Virus record (IMG/VR): IMGVR_UViG_3300031519_000150
Coordinates: 1-29,502 of that record
Reading direction: 5' to 3' (one strand)
Source of the DNA: a virus
Taxonomy: Duplodnaviria > Caudoviricetes
DNA: 29,502 nt
Part shown: one piece after another, positions 7,960 to 20,200 of the stretch
Numbering within the stretch: position 1 is the stretch's first letter
How the letters are laid out: each line of letters opens with the position of its first letter
The notes under the pieces: generated by a model
What the model saw: the letters and a program-made list of their open reading frames with translations, nothing else
What the model was told of the DNA's origin: nothing
The model's database searches: none
Translations under genes and position numbers: made by a program

Positions 7960-10900
7960 ATGGCAGACCAGAAATCAAAATTTCTTACAAAAGTATCTCC
8001 ACTCATTGAAGGTCAAGTGCCTGACTTTGTTCAGGCCGACCACCCAGTATTTGTAGACTTTGTAAAAGATTATTTTTCTTTCCTTGAGGCTGGTCGTTTA
8101 ACTATTACTCAAACTATTAATTATATAACCCTAGAAACAAATACTTCTGCATACATCATTGACGAACAAGACGAAGAAAGAATTGTTACGGAAAAAGGTG
8201 AGGGTACATTAAGTAAGTTTGTAAATGGAGAAACGATTACTGGATTAATCTCTGGTGCAACTGCAACTATTCTTGTTGAAGATTCTAGAAACAAATATCT
8301 TTACATTACTGGACAACAACTTTTTCAAACTGGGGAGATAGTCACAGGAACAACGTCTGGTTCTACTGCAACCATAGATGAGTATCGTGGTAATCCTATT
8401 CAGAATATTCAACAGATGCTTGAATATGCAAACGTAGATAATACACTCTTTGATTTCTTAGACCAAATGCGTGATTCATTTATGGAAGCAATTCCAAATA
8501 ATCTTGCTGATGGTATTGATAAAAGAAATCTAATCAAAAATATCAAAGACTTATATGCAGCCAAAGGAACATCTGAAGGTCATAAACTTTTTATGAGATT
8601 GTTACTTGGAGAAGAAGGTTCAATCTTTTATCCAAACATTTATATGATGAAACCATCTGCTGGTGAGTGGGGTCAAAAGACTACAATTAGAGTTACACCT
8701 ATCGGTGTGGTTTCTGGAGAAGAACTGGTCAACCAAATTATAACTGGTGGAACATCTGGTGCAACTGCAACAGTTATTAGTTCTCTGACAACACAACAAT
8801 CAAATACATCTGCCACATTCAATGACTCTGTTACTATATTAGAGATAGTTCCTATTGATGGTACGTTTACTGAAACAGAAATCATTACAGGTATTTCGTC
8901 TACTAGAGATGTGAATATTACATTTACTGTGCAGTCTTTTGTTACATCTACCACAGTTACTAATGATGGTATTCTTCATACTGACCAAGAGGTGGTTACA
9001 GTAGAAGCCGTAGGTAATGAAAATGCATCTATTATCGTTGATGGTATTACTGGTGGTTCTGTAAGTGAAGTTATCGTAGATGATGTTGGTACTCTTTATG
9101 AAGAAGGCGATATAGTAACATTTACTTCTGACTCTGCTGATACAGATATTTCAACTGCAACTGGTTTTGTAAGTATGGTCGGTGGTGGTATTCAATTAGA
9201 AGATAGTAGTACAGATAGACTTAGTATAGAAACTGCAACAGTATCAAGGTTTGAGCCTTTTGAGATTTTACTTGAAGATATTCAAAGTGATAAGTTTGTT
9301 GGGGATGGAACTACACTTGAGTTCACTCTCGTTAATACCTCTGCAACTACAGATGACTTAACTGTTACAATAGATAACGTAATTATAAAACCTACTGCGA
9401 ATGATGGAACAACAGTATTCACACTAAGTGGTTCTAAGATTACATTTACTCTTGTCAATGTTCCAGCAGTTGGAGCTCAGATATTTGTTTATTCTAATAA
9501 CGATAAAATAATATTAAACGCAACAGATGCTAATGGTACAAACGCAAATCATAGTATACTTACTGAAGACGAAGAAGAAGTAGTTGATACATATCAAACA
9601 CCTACAGATAGTATTGTTTTAGAGAACGCATCATTTACAAGTGAAGCAGAAGCAGGACAGATTATAAAAGTATTTGCTAATGGTGGAGGTGGTTATACTA
9701 AACTACCAACAGTTGCAGTAACCGAAACTACATCTGGTACTGGTGCAAAACTTATTGCAACCACAACTGATATTGGTTCTGCAAAATCATTTGCAGTTTT
9801 AGATGGTGGTCTAAGATACACAAATACAAATCCACCAGACTTAGAACCTACTGCTCACTTTGTGTTGAAAGATGTTTCTGGAACTTTTGCAGCTGGAGCA
9901 ACTCTAACAAGTCATACTGGAACTATTAAGAGTTGGAATACTTCTACTCAAGTTCTTAATACTAGTTTTGCAGACGTTGTAAGATTAGAACAAGAGAGTG
10001 ATGGGTCTACAAACAATCAAGGTATAGAACTAGAACAAGGTACAGAATTAGAAATACCAGATAGTGTTCTCTTAGAACAAGAGCAAGACTTTGATGATGG
10101 TGAGGGAATCATTTTAGATGGTACTGGAACATTTACTCCAACCCCACAAACCTTTACATTTAAAGTTAAGATGGAATATGATTTAGAGTTAGAACAAAAT
10201 GTATTTGTTATTAACAATGAAAAACAACCATCTTTAGTTTTATATGAAGACAGTACTTACTACTTTGATTTATCTGACTCAAGTTTATATGGTGCAACTA
10301 GTTTACTAAATCATCAACTTAAATTTTCTGAAACAATTGATGGTATACACAGAAGTGGTACTGCATATACTGACGGAGTTACAAACTCTAGTGCAACGAT
10401 TGATATAGGAACTGCTGGTGCATATATTCAAATTGTTGTTGCAGCTTCTGCTGGTAGACTATATTATTATTGTGCAAATCATTCTGGTATGGGTGGGGTC
10501 ATTGATACACCAGCCCATATTCCAACAGTTCTTAATGCTGGTAGTAGTTTAATACTAGATGGTACAGATAGAATAGATGCATTTGTTTTAATTCAAGATA
10601 GTTTTGGTGTAGGTTCATTTAATGCTAATGAGTCATTATCTTTTAAGAGTGCTGCTATAGGAAATGAAGATACAGATAGACTCCAACTAGAAGATAATAG
10701 TTTTGTACTCTCTGAAGATTTCAATTTAGAACTAAGTAAACAAACACAAGCTCTTACTGCAAATGGTAGATTACTCATTGATAGATATCGTGAAATCTTT
10801 GATGGAGATAATCAGTTCTTACTTATTGATGGAACAGATAGTTCTGGTTCTGATGCTGGGTCAAGAGTTGCAAACGAAACCTTTGGTAATAATCTTATCA

Positions 10901-12762
10901 CAGAAGAAGATGCTCAAGATGGTTTACTACTGGAAGATGATACTCTTACTGGACAAATAACTTTAGATGGTACTGACAGTACTTCTGTAGACGAAGATGA
11001 CCACATTGTGAACGAAAGTGGTATAGACTTTACAAATCGTGACGTTACTATCACGGATTCTTCTGGTGCTACTGCAACAATCGTAACTGCTGACATTGCA
11101 ACTGGAACAACTGCTGTTGATACAACTGGAACAGAGGCTGGTGCATATCCAAATGTTTATCATAGACTTGGTGAAGACTTAGTTAAGATTCAAGACTCTT
11201 ATTACTACCAAGACTATTCTTATGAAGTTCAGATTGGACAATCTTTTGCAACTTATATCAATGAGATGAAGAAGGCAGTTCACCCTGCTGGTTTCCAACC
11301 ATTCGGTAAAGTTACACTTGCAACTCTCGTATCTGCACAGATAGGAACTGCTGCAGCTGGTGTATCTGGTTACACAGGTGACACTACATTCTCACCAATA
11401 CTTGCATCTACATTTGAAACTATCTTCAAACAGATTATTCAAAGTAGATTAGAAGTTCCATCAACAGACTCCCATGATGGAATCGTAAGAGCTGGAGATA
11501 GAGATAATCAGATTGTTCTAGAAGATGGTGACTCAATCCTATACGAAGAAAAGACTGTAACTCATACATCAGATGAAACTTATGGAACTGGTGATGGTGG
11601 TGGTCGTATGATGAACGAAAACTCATTCGCTCCATCTGGTACTGGAGATAGAGTTTTAGTAAAAGAGATTTTCTCTAGAGTTGTTGCAAGACCAACTGCA
11701 AGACGAAATAGAAATATGTTGATATACTTAGCAGACACACCATTCGGTAATCCACCAGATGTAGTTGACGAGTTAGTTCTTGATGGTACATTACCACTAG
11801 ACCAAGCAGATACTTTCTTCCAACTCGAAAGAGATACACAAAAAGATAATCTTGTATTAGACGGAACAAGTGCAACTGCAGCTGACTCTGGAGATGACAT
11901 TCTTCTTGAAGATGGTTTCTTATTGAAACTAGAAGATGTATTCTTGGGTGTTGATGGAGAAACATTTAACATACTGTCAGAAGATTTTGATGGAACAAAT
12001 GATGATAGAATATTACAAGAGGGTGGAGAGTGGAACTTCCCTATAGGTTATGTTGCAAATGAAAATGGTGGATTGTTATTAGAGAATACTACTAACGAAG
12101 AAACTATTCCTCTATCAGATATTGGACACTTTCAGTTTAGTGACGTACTAAGAAAAGATAGACTTATCATTCAAGATGGTAGGTCAGGCCCATTTGATAT
12201 AGAACCTAACGAAGAAGTTGGTATTGAGATGGAAGGGTCTGGTAAACTTTTATTAAACGGAATAGATTCAGATGGTACAAATGATGGAGAACACATACTT
12301 CAAGAAACATCTTTGAGAAATTGGTTTGACCTAGAAGAAAATGGTTCTCTTATCGTTGAAGATTATCAAACAAATTCTATTATAGAGAAGTTAGTAGATG
12401 AAGAAAACGAAGACACTATGGTATTAGAAGATGCAACAGAGTCAGCTCGTTGGATAAAGGATAGTGGTATAGATGATACAACTGCAACATTATCTGCTAT
12501 TATGCTTGAAAGTTCTAACATAATAATTAGTGAGGGTCAAATACCTTTCGATAATTTAACCCTAAATAGTAGTAGAATAAACTTTGGTTTAAGAAATATA
12601 GTAAAATCAGCAGATATCAAAACAAGGGATACTGGTGACTTAGCGTTAGAAGATGCAACAGATACAACACATGGATATCTGGTGTTAAATAGTACAAGTG
12701 GTTCAAGTACTAATGCTGGAGAAAACATTAGATTTGAGGGTGGAACTGCGAGAGTAATCTAA
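7960..12762 (+). CDS. gp7: baseplate wedge initiator gp7-like protein with large insertions
   Basis: Q.P.FV..DHP.FV.F...Y..FLE, LIKNIKDLYAAKGT...HKLFMRLL and KIQDSYYYQDYSYEV...K..VHPAGF..FG motifs of marine T4-like gp7; located between gp6 and gp8. Confidence 0.85.
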   Translation: MADQKSKFLTKVSPLIEGQVPDFVQADHPVFVDFVKDYFSFLEAGRLTITQTINYITLETNTSAYIIDEQDEERIVTEKGEGTLSKFVNGETITGLISGATATILVEDSRNKYLYITGQQLFQTGEIVTGTTSGSTATIDEYRGNPIQNIQQMLEYANVDNTLFDFLDQMRDSFMEAIPNNLADGIDKRNLIKNIKDLYAAKGTSEGHKLFMRLLLGEEGSIFYPNIYMMKPSAGEWGQKTTIRVTPIGVVSGEELVNQIITGGTSGATATVISSLTTQQSNTSATFNDSVTILEIVPIDGTFTETEIITGISSTRDVNITFTVQSFVTSTTVTNDGILHTDQEVVTVEAVGNENASIIVDGITGGSVSEVIVDDVGTLYEEGDIVTFTSDSADTDISTATGFVSMVGGGIQLEDSSTDRLSIETATVSRFEPFEILLEDIQSDKFVGDGTTLEFTLVNTSATTDDLTVTIDNVIIKPTANDGTTVFTLSGSKITFTLVNVPAVGAQIFVYSNNDKIILNATDANGTNANHSILTEDEEEVVDTYQTPTDSIVLENASFTSEAEAGQIIKVFANGGGGYTKLPTVAVTETTSGTGAKLIATTTDIGSAKSFAVLDGGLRYTNTNPPDLEPTAHFVLKDVSGTFAAGATLTSHTGTIKSWNTSTQVLNTSFADVVRLEQESDGSTNNQGIELEQGTELEIPDSVLLEQEQDFDDGEGIILDGTGTFTPTPQTFTFKVKMEYDLELEQNVFVINNEKQPSLVLYEDSTYYFDLSDSSLYGATSLLNHQLKFSETIDGIHRSGTAYTDGVTNSSATIDIGTAGAYIQIVVAASAGRLYYYCANHSGMGGVIDTPAHIPTVLNAGSSLILDGTDRIDAFVLIQDSFGVGSFNANESLSFKSAAIGNEDTDRLQLEDNSFVLSEDFNLELSKQTQALTANGRLLIDRYREIFDGDNQFLLIDGTDSSGSDAGSRVANETFGNNLITEEDAQDGLLLEDDTLTGQITLDGTDSTSVDEDDHIVNESGIDFTNRDVTITDSSGATATIVTADIATGTTAVDTTGTEAGAYPNVYHRLGEDLVKIQDSYYYQDYSYEVQIGQSFATYINEMKKAVHPAGFQPFGKVTLATLVSAQIGTAAAGVSGYTGDTTFSPILASTFETIFKQIIQSRLEVPSTDSHDGIVRAGDRDNQIVLEDGDSILYEEKTVTHTSDETYGTGDGGGRMMNENSFAPSGTGDRVLVKEIFSRVVARPTARRNRNMLIYLADTPFGNPPDVVDELVLDGTLPLDQADTFFQLERDTQKDNLVLDGTSATAADSGDDILLEDGFLLKLEDVFLGVDGETFNILSEDFDGTNDDRILQEGGEWNFPIGYVANENGGLLLENTTNEETIPLSDIGHFQFSDVLRKDRLIIQDGRSGPFDIEPNEEVGIEMEGSGKLLLNGIDSDGTNDGEHILQETSLRNWFDLEENGSLIVEDYQTNSIIEKLVDEENEDTMVLEDATESARWIKDSGIDDTTATLSAIMLESSNIIISEGQIPFDNLTLNSSRINFGLRNIVKSADIKTRDTGDLALEDATDTTHGYLVLNSTSGSSTNAGENIRFEGGTARVI

Positions 12763-12769
12763 CAACTTG

Positions 12770-12777
12770 TATAAATA
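12770..12777 (+). promoter_or_regulatory. T4 late promoter
   Basis: Exact intergenic TATAAATA upstream of gp8. Confidence 0.85.
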
Positions 12778-12794
12778 AGATAAAGGTGTAAAAA

Positions 12795-14291
12795 ATGTCG
12801 GCAATCATTACAGAAAAATTTAGACAACATAATGCGAATCAGTTCTTTGAGTCGTTTACAGAAACAGCTGGAAACACATATTATTTGTTTCTAGGAAAGG
12901 CAACTCCTTTCACTTCTGGTACAACTACTGGTTCAGATAGTTCCCCACCAACTCCACAAGATGGAGAACAAGATGAGACTCGTGCATGGGATGCTATGTT
13001 GGCTGCAAAGAAGATTGCTTCAACTGACATTACATATGCAATACCTCGTAGAAACTGGGTGAACGGAACGACTTATGATATGTACGAACATAACATTAGT
13101 TCTGCAAATACTTCAACCTCTGGTGCATCTAACATCTATGACTCAACATTCTATTTTGTGACATCTGACTATAGAGTATATAAAGTACTTGACAATGGTG
13201 GTGGAGTTGCATATGATGGTGCAGAACCAACATCAACAAGTACATCACCTTTTGAACTTGGTGGATATGTATTAAAGTATATGTATGATATTTCTACAAC
13301 CGACATTGGAAAATATGTAACAACAGACTTTATTCCAGTTGCAACCGATAGTACAGTATCTACTGCTGCATTAGATGGTGCAATTGAATCATTAACAATT
13401 ACTGCTGGTTCTGGATACACAGACGGAACTTACTATGCCGCTGTTTATGGAGATGGAACATCTCAAGGAACTTCATCTGGTGCGATTATAAGAATTACTG
13501 TATCAAGTGGTGCAATTGCATCTTTCGGTTTAACTGCTGGAACTGATACAACTGTTCATGCAGCTGGTGCTGCATACACTTTTGGTTTTGTCAATCTTGC
13601 AGCTGGTTATACTTTCTCTGATGCTGGTTTGACCTCTGCATCTAACATAGGTGGTTCTGGTGGAGTAATCAATATTGTTATTAGTCCAGAAGATGGTCAT
13701 GGTAATAACGCAGTAACAGAATTAGGTGGTCATTATATTATGTCTGCATCTACAATTACACAAGCAGAAAATGATGACTTTTCAACTGCAAACGATTTCA
13801 GACAAGTTGGTATTGTTGTTGACCCTACAACTTATGGAACAACTACAGTAGCAAGTTCTACAACTGCAAGACAAACTAATGTTGTAAGGTTTGCATCTTA
13901 TAGTGGAACATTTGAAGCAGACGAAGTAATCACACAAGCAACAACTGGTGCATCTGGTAAAGTTGTAGAATGGGATTCAGTATTACAACTACTTTATTAC
14001 CAACAAGAAAACTTCAAAGGTTATGGAACTGATGCTACAACTGGTGGACTAGTTGCGTTTAGTGGAACAAATACTATTACTGGTGGAACGTCTGGTGCAA
14101 CTGGAACACCATCAAGTGAAAGTAGTGAAACAGTTACACTCGCAAATAGTAATACACTTACACTTACAAGTGGTTATGCAAACCCAGAGTTGCAACCAGA
14201 TAGTGGAGATATAATTTATCTCGAAAACAGAAAACCGATTCAACGAGCTTCTGACCAAACAGAAGACATTAAAATTATAATTGAGTTTTAA
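12795..14291 (+). CDS. gp8: baseplate wedge subunit gp8
   Basis: MSAIIT.KFR..NA..F, IPRRNW..GT.YDMY, YRVYKVLDN, GY..KYMY, NDFRQVGIV.DP, SGDIIYLENRKPI.R..DQTEDIKIIIEF. Confidence 0.94.
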   Translation: MSAIITEKFRQHNANQFFESFTETAGNTYYLFLGKATPFTSGTTTGSDSSPPTPQDGEQDETRAWDAMLAAKKIASTDITYAIPRRNWVNGTTYDMYEHNISSANTSTSGASNIYDSTFYFVTSDYRVYKVLDNGGGVAYDGAEPTSTSTSPFELGGYVLKYMYDISTTDIGKYVTTDFIPVATDSTVSTAALDGAIESLTITAGSGYTDGTYYAAVYGDGTSQGTSSGAIIRITVSSGAIASFGLTAGTDTTVHAAGAAYTFGFVNLAAGYTFSDAGLTSASNIGGSGGVINIVISPEDGHGNNAVTELGGHYIMSASTITQAENDDFSTANDFRQVGIVVDPTTYGTTTVASSTTARQTNVVRFASYSGTFEADEVITQATTGASGKVVEWDSVLQLLYYQQENFKGYGTDATTGGLVAFSGTNTITGGTSGATGTPSSESSETVTLANSNTLTLTSGYANPELQPDSGDIIYLENRKPIQRASDQTEDIKIIIEF

Positions 14292-14293
14292 AT

Positions 14294-17200
14294 ATGGCAC
14301 AACTTACAGACCTAAACGTATCACCATACTATGACGATTTTGATGAAAATGATAATTTTCACAGAGTCTTATTCAGACCTGGCTATTCTATTCAAGCAAG
14401 AGAACTGACAACACTCCAATCTATTCTTCAAGGACAGATTGAACAACATGGTAAACATATGTTCAAAGAAGGAACTGTTGTAATACCAGGCCAACTTTCT
14501 TACTCAAAAGATTTCACAACACTACAACTTGCATCTACATTCGCAAGTGAAGACGTTGTAGCTGCATCTTTCTATAATGTAACTGACCCTGTGATTATTA
14601 CAGGAGTTACCTCTGGTGTAAAAGCAAAGGTCATTGGATTTTCAGAAGCAACAACTACTGCACAACCTATCCTTCATCTACAATATATTTCTGCTGGTAA
14701 TGACAATGCTACACTCGCATTTTCTAATACAGAAAACTTAACTGCAAATACAACCATTACTCATACTACATCATATGCTGCAAATGTTGCTTCTGCAACA
14801 ACTCATTCTACAACTGCTGCACAAACTGGTTCTGCTGTTACAGTCGAGGAAGGTGTATACTTTATTCGTGGACATTTTGTAAAGTGTCTAAAAGAAACTT
14901 TAGTTCTAAGTATTAACTCTGTTATTGAGTCTGCTCGTATTGGTTTCAATATCACAGAGTCTTTGGTTACTCCAGAAACAGATGCAACTCTTACTGACAA
15001 TGCAACTGGTGCCAACAACTATGCTGCAAAAGGTGCTCATAGATTGAAGATTGCACTTAACCTTGTTAAACTAGATACTGACTCAATTGCTGATTCTGCC
15101 TTTGTAGAACTTATGAGATTAGATACTGGTGGTATGGTTTCAGAAGCAAGAAACACAGACTACTCTGTTCTTGGAGAAACACTTGCACGAAGAACATTTG
15201 ACGAGTCTGGTGACTATACTGTTAGAAACTTTTTATACGAACCAAAAGAATCAATCACTAATATTTATCAAGGCACAACAAATACTGGGTCTTATACTAA
15301 TGGTGGAACTACTGATGATGGAAATACTGCTTCTGAATCATTACTTTCATTTTCTATTAAGCCTGGTAAAGCATATGTACAAGGTTTTGAAATAGAAAAA
15401 CTTGGTACTACTCTAAAAGATATAAACAAGGCAAGAGATTTTAATACAGTTAATGCCGGTGTATCTACATTTGATATAGGTAATTTCTTTGAAATAACTA
15501 ATTTATATGGAACTCCAGACATATCTCAAGTAACTGGAACAACTCCATATAAAGAGATACGATTATTTACAGAATTTACAGATACAAGAGGTTCTCAAAA
15601 TAGTAGTGGGGGTAATTTTCAAATTGGTATTTGTAGAGCTCGTAGTCTTGAATTTTTTAGAGGTACTCAAGGTGATACTGATGCTGTTTATAAGTTGTTT
15701 GTATTTGATGTAAGAATGTTAACATACTTAACTCTTTCTGAAATAGCATCACCATCCGTTCTAGCATCCCACACAACTGGTGGTGTTCAAGTTAAAGGTA
15801 GTCAATCTGGTGCAGTTGGATTTGTATATTCTCCAGTTACAGTTGATACATCAACTACTGGTGCAAGAATAGCATTAACAAATGTTATTGGAAAATTTAG
15901 GGTTAATGAATCTTTAATTGTATCTGATGGTGCTGATACTGGTAAAATATTAAGAAATGTTGGTGATACTGCAAATATTACTATTGGGGGGTCTAGTCTT
16001 TTTACTGATATTGTCTCACACAATGTAGAAGAAACTCGTTCTTTGTTTATGGATGATGCAGATTCTGGTCAAGATTTTACAGCAAATATTGTTGGTGAAG
16101 TTATTGATCCATTAGCCGTTATAGCATTTAACCAAACCGCTGCTGATGGAGCAGATGCTGGTGGTAGAGGTTTAGACCTTTCGGAAGGTGTTGAACTTGA
16201 AACTCGAAGGGTTGCAGTTCTACAACAACCAGAAAAAAATGTTTCTTTATTCAAATTACCTAAACAAGTAATTAAAACATTAAAAACAACAACAAACTCT
16301 AATACTTCAGATACACAGTTTACAGTTCGTAGACAGTTTGTAGCAACATCAAGTGCTGCTGGTATAGTAACACTTACTGCTGGAACTAATGAAACCTTTG
16401 CTGCATTTGCAACTAAAGATTATACATTATCTGTTCTTACTGCTGGAGGCGGTAGTGCAGTTCAAGGTGATTTAATATTACTAAACTCTACTAAAGTAGG
16501 AGTTAGTGGATCAACTGTGACTATAACAGATAACACACTTCTTGGTAGTGGAGCAGTAGTAAAGGTTATTGCAACAATATTAAAAACATCTGTCGAACCA
16601 AAAATAAAAAGTACAAAACTTTCTAAACAACTTAAAGTTCTTGCGATAAGTGAAACTGGTGAAGCAGATAGTTCTTACGGAACGAGAGCTCAAGATGTAG
16701 ATATTTCTTTTGGTCGTGCAGACGTTTATAGACTTCAAGCAGTATTTGATTCAGAATCAGATAGTGCAGATGCTACAGCTCCAACTATTACATTGACCTC
16801 TCCTACTGGAACTTTTTTAAGAGGAGAAAGATTTACTGGTGGAACATCTGGTGCAGTTGGTAGAATTATTTCTGCAACAACTCCTATATCATATACTCTT
16901 GTGAATGGTGTTGCTGCAGATGATTTTGTTACTGGTGAGACAATTACTGGTATTCATTCTGGTGCAACTGCAACTGCTTCAGTTATAACTGCTGGTAGTA
17001 AAAATATTACAAATCTATTTACTTTAGATACTGGTCAACGAGATAACTTTTATGATATTGCAAGACTTGTAAGGAAACCTAGTTCTTCTATTCCTTTAGG
17101 TAGACTTTTAATAGTTTATGATTACTTGGAACATGGTGCCGGAAGTGTATTTACAGTAGACTCTTATACTTCACTCAATGGTCAAATGGGATATGATGAT

Positions 17201-20200
17201 ATTCCTTACTACTCATCTACTAGAGTTGACCCAGATGCTCCAGAACCTACTGGTAGATTTGAATTGAGAGATGCTTATGATTTTAGACCGACAGTAGAAA
17301 ATATCACAGGTGCATCAGCAACTATAACAGACATAGATCAAATTACTGCGAACTCATTTAACTTTGAAAATAGACAGTTTGATGGCGCTGGGGGTTCTGT
17401 TGTCGATATGCCTAAACCAGGCAGTAGTGTTCAATCAGATTTTGAATATTATCTTCCAAAGTTTGCAACTTTATTCTTAACTAAAGATGGTGACTTTAAA
17501 GTTATTGAAGGTGTTTCTGCTGAAAGTCCAGTACCACCTAAAGATATAGATAGTGCATTAAAGCTGGCCTCAATATTCTTACCAGCATATACCTTTGAAC
17601 CAAAAGAACTTATTATTGATAGATTTAAAACGCAAAGATTTACAATGCGTGATATTGGTAGATTACAAGATAGACTTGATAACGTAGAGTATTATACTGC
17701 ATTAAGTTTGTTAGAAAAAGATGCAGCTTCTTTTGAAATTATTAATTCAAAAACTCAATTAAATCGTTTTAAGTCTGGTTTCGTTGTGGACAACTTTACT
17801 GGACACAGAGTTGGTGATGCACTTAATAAAGATTACAGAATTGCAATCGATCAAGACCAACAACATATGCGACCTAAATGTGTTTTAAAAAATATTCCAT
17901 TAGAGATGTCTGATCCTTTTTATAATTCTATGCTCAGAGTTGCATTTTTAGGTTCATATGGCAATACTATTCAAAATCGTCTATTTGGAACAGGTCTTTC
18001 AAGAACTGGTGACTTGATTACATTAGATTATACACAAGAAGTAATTTCTCAACAACCATATGCAACAAGAGTTGAAAGTATTCAACCATACTTGATGGCA
18101 GGATTTGTTGGAAAGGTTGTTCTTACTCCAAGTGGAGATGAATGGTTTGAAACAGAGATTGCTCCTGCTCTTATCATAAACAAAGAGGGTGACTTTGATA
18201 CCTTTGCAGCTCAAAATGCAAACGCAATCGGTACTGTTTGGAACGCATGGGAAACACAATGGTCTGGTGTAACAACCATCAATCTTGGAACTAGACGTTC
18301 TAGATATGGTGAGTTTGGACATGGTTATCACAATGTCCAAAGAAGTATCGATATTGTTACTACTGGTCAGAAAAGAACTGGAACTTCAACTTCTGTGGGT
18401 TCTAGATTAAACGAAGAATCTTTAGGAAGTAAAGTTATTTCAAGAGGTATTGTTCCTTTCGTTAGACCTAGAACTATTGAATTTGCTGGAACTTGTTTTG
18501 CACCTAATACAAGAATTTATGTTTTCTTTGATAGGATTGATGTATCAGTATATTGTACACCATCTTCTAGTTTGTTTACAAGTGACACAACTATTGCTGC
18601 TGGTAGTCCTTTAATTACTAATGGTGCTGGACAAATTGAGGGTAGTTTTGCAATACCAGATTATAGAGGTAGAGAACTAGGTACTGTTCCATTTTTTAGA
18701 ACTGGAGAAGTCGAATTTAGAATGACTTCAAGTGATACAAATGCAAGAACTGGTGCTGGTAATACTGGACTAAAGGCATTTACTGCTGGTCAAATAACTT
18801 ATCAAGCAAAAGGTATTATCGAAACAACACAAGAAACTATTGTTGCAACAAGAGAACCTATCTTAGTTCAAACAGATGTTGACCAAGAAACTATAATGAC
18901 TGCAGCTGCTGCTTCAATTCAAGAAACTGTTACTAACTTTTTACATGACCCACTTGCACAAACTTTTATGGTGCCTGATGATGGTGGTTCATTCATAACA
19001 GAGGTTGACTTTTTCTTTGGTGCAAAAGATGAAAATCTTCCAGCATGGTGTGAGATACGAAATGTTGTAAATGGTTATCCTGGCCCTAAAGTATTACCTT
19101 TCGGTAGAAAAGTTTTAAACCCAGACCAAATTAATTTAGATGCTACAACTGGTGCAACACCAACTACATTTACTTTTGACTCTCCTGTATTTCTACAATC
19201 TGGAACAGAGTATTGTGTAGTTCTTATGACAACGAGTCTTGACTATCGTGTATGGATTGCACAAATGGGTGAAGAAGATGTAGGTGCTGGTAAAAGAGTT
19301 ATATCAAAACAACCACATCTAGGAGTATTATTTAAATCACAGAATAATACTACATGGAACGCAATCCAAATGCAAGACTTAAAGTTTACACTAAAAAGAG
19401 CAAATTTCATGGATCAATTTACAGCAATTCCATTTACTCTTAGAAATGGGTTTAGTGATATTGGTTCAACTGGAACTTTACGTTTACAAAATACTATAGT
19501 AGGAGATGTTACTGTTGCAGAAGATGGAACAACTGCATATGGTAAAAGACTTCCTGTTAATCCATTACAATTAACACACAGTAATACAGCTATAAAAGTA
19601 TTTCATCAAAATCATGGTATGTATTCTACAAATAACAATGTAAAGATTTGTGGAGTTTCTTCTGGAATAAAAAATACATTGAATGGTGCTATTACTGTTA
19701 CTGCAAACTCATTGGTACTTACCTCTGGAACTAACTTTGCAGCAAGTAATCTGTCTTCTCGTTGTTATGTAAAGATTGATAATGAAATAATGTTTGGTAC
19801 ATTTGATGGAGATAAAACTATTTCTAGTTTAACAAGAGGTACAGATATTACAACAAGTGGTGCTTCTGCTGCACACGCAAACGGAGCTACTGTTGAACTT
19901 TATCAGATACTAGGAACACCACTTGACCAAGTAAATAAAATTCATACTGCAATTGGAAATATAGATACAAATTCATATACTGTAACTGTAACAACAGCAC
20001 CGACTATAACTGGTTCAGAAACAACCCCAACAGCACAACTTGGTGGTAATAATGTCTATGCTTCAGAGAACTATAGATTTGAAACTATAAGAACTTTAGT
20101 TGGTGCTCTTGAGTTACCAAATACAACTTTAGAAACAACACTTAGAACAACTTCTGCTACAAGTCCTAGTGGTTCAGAAACATCTTTTGACTTTAATACT

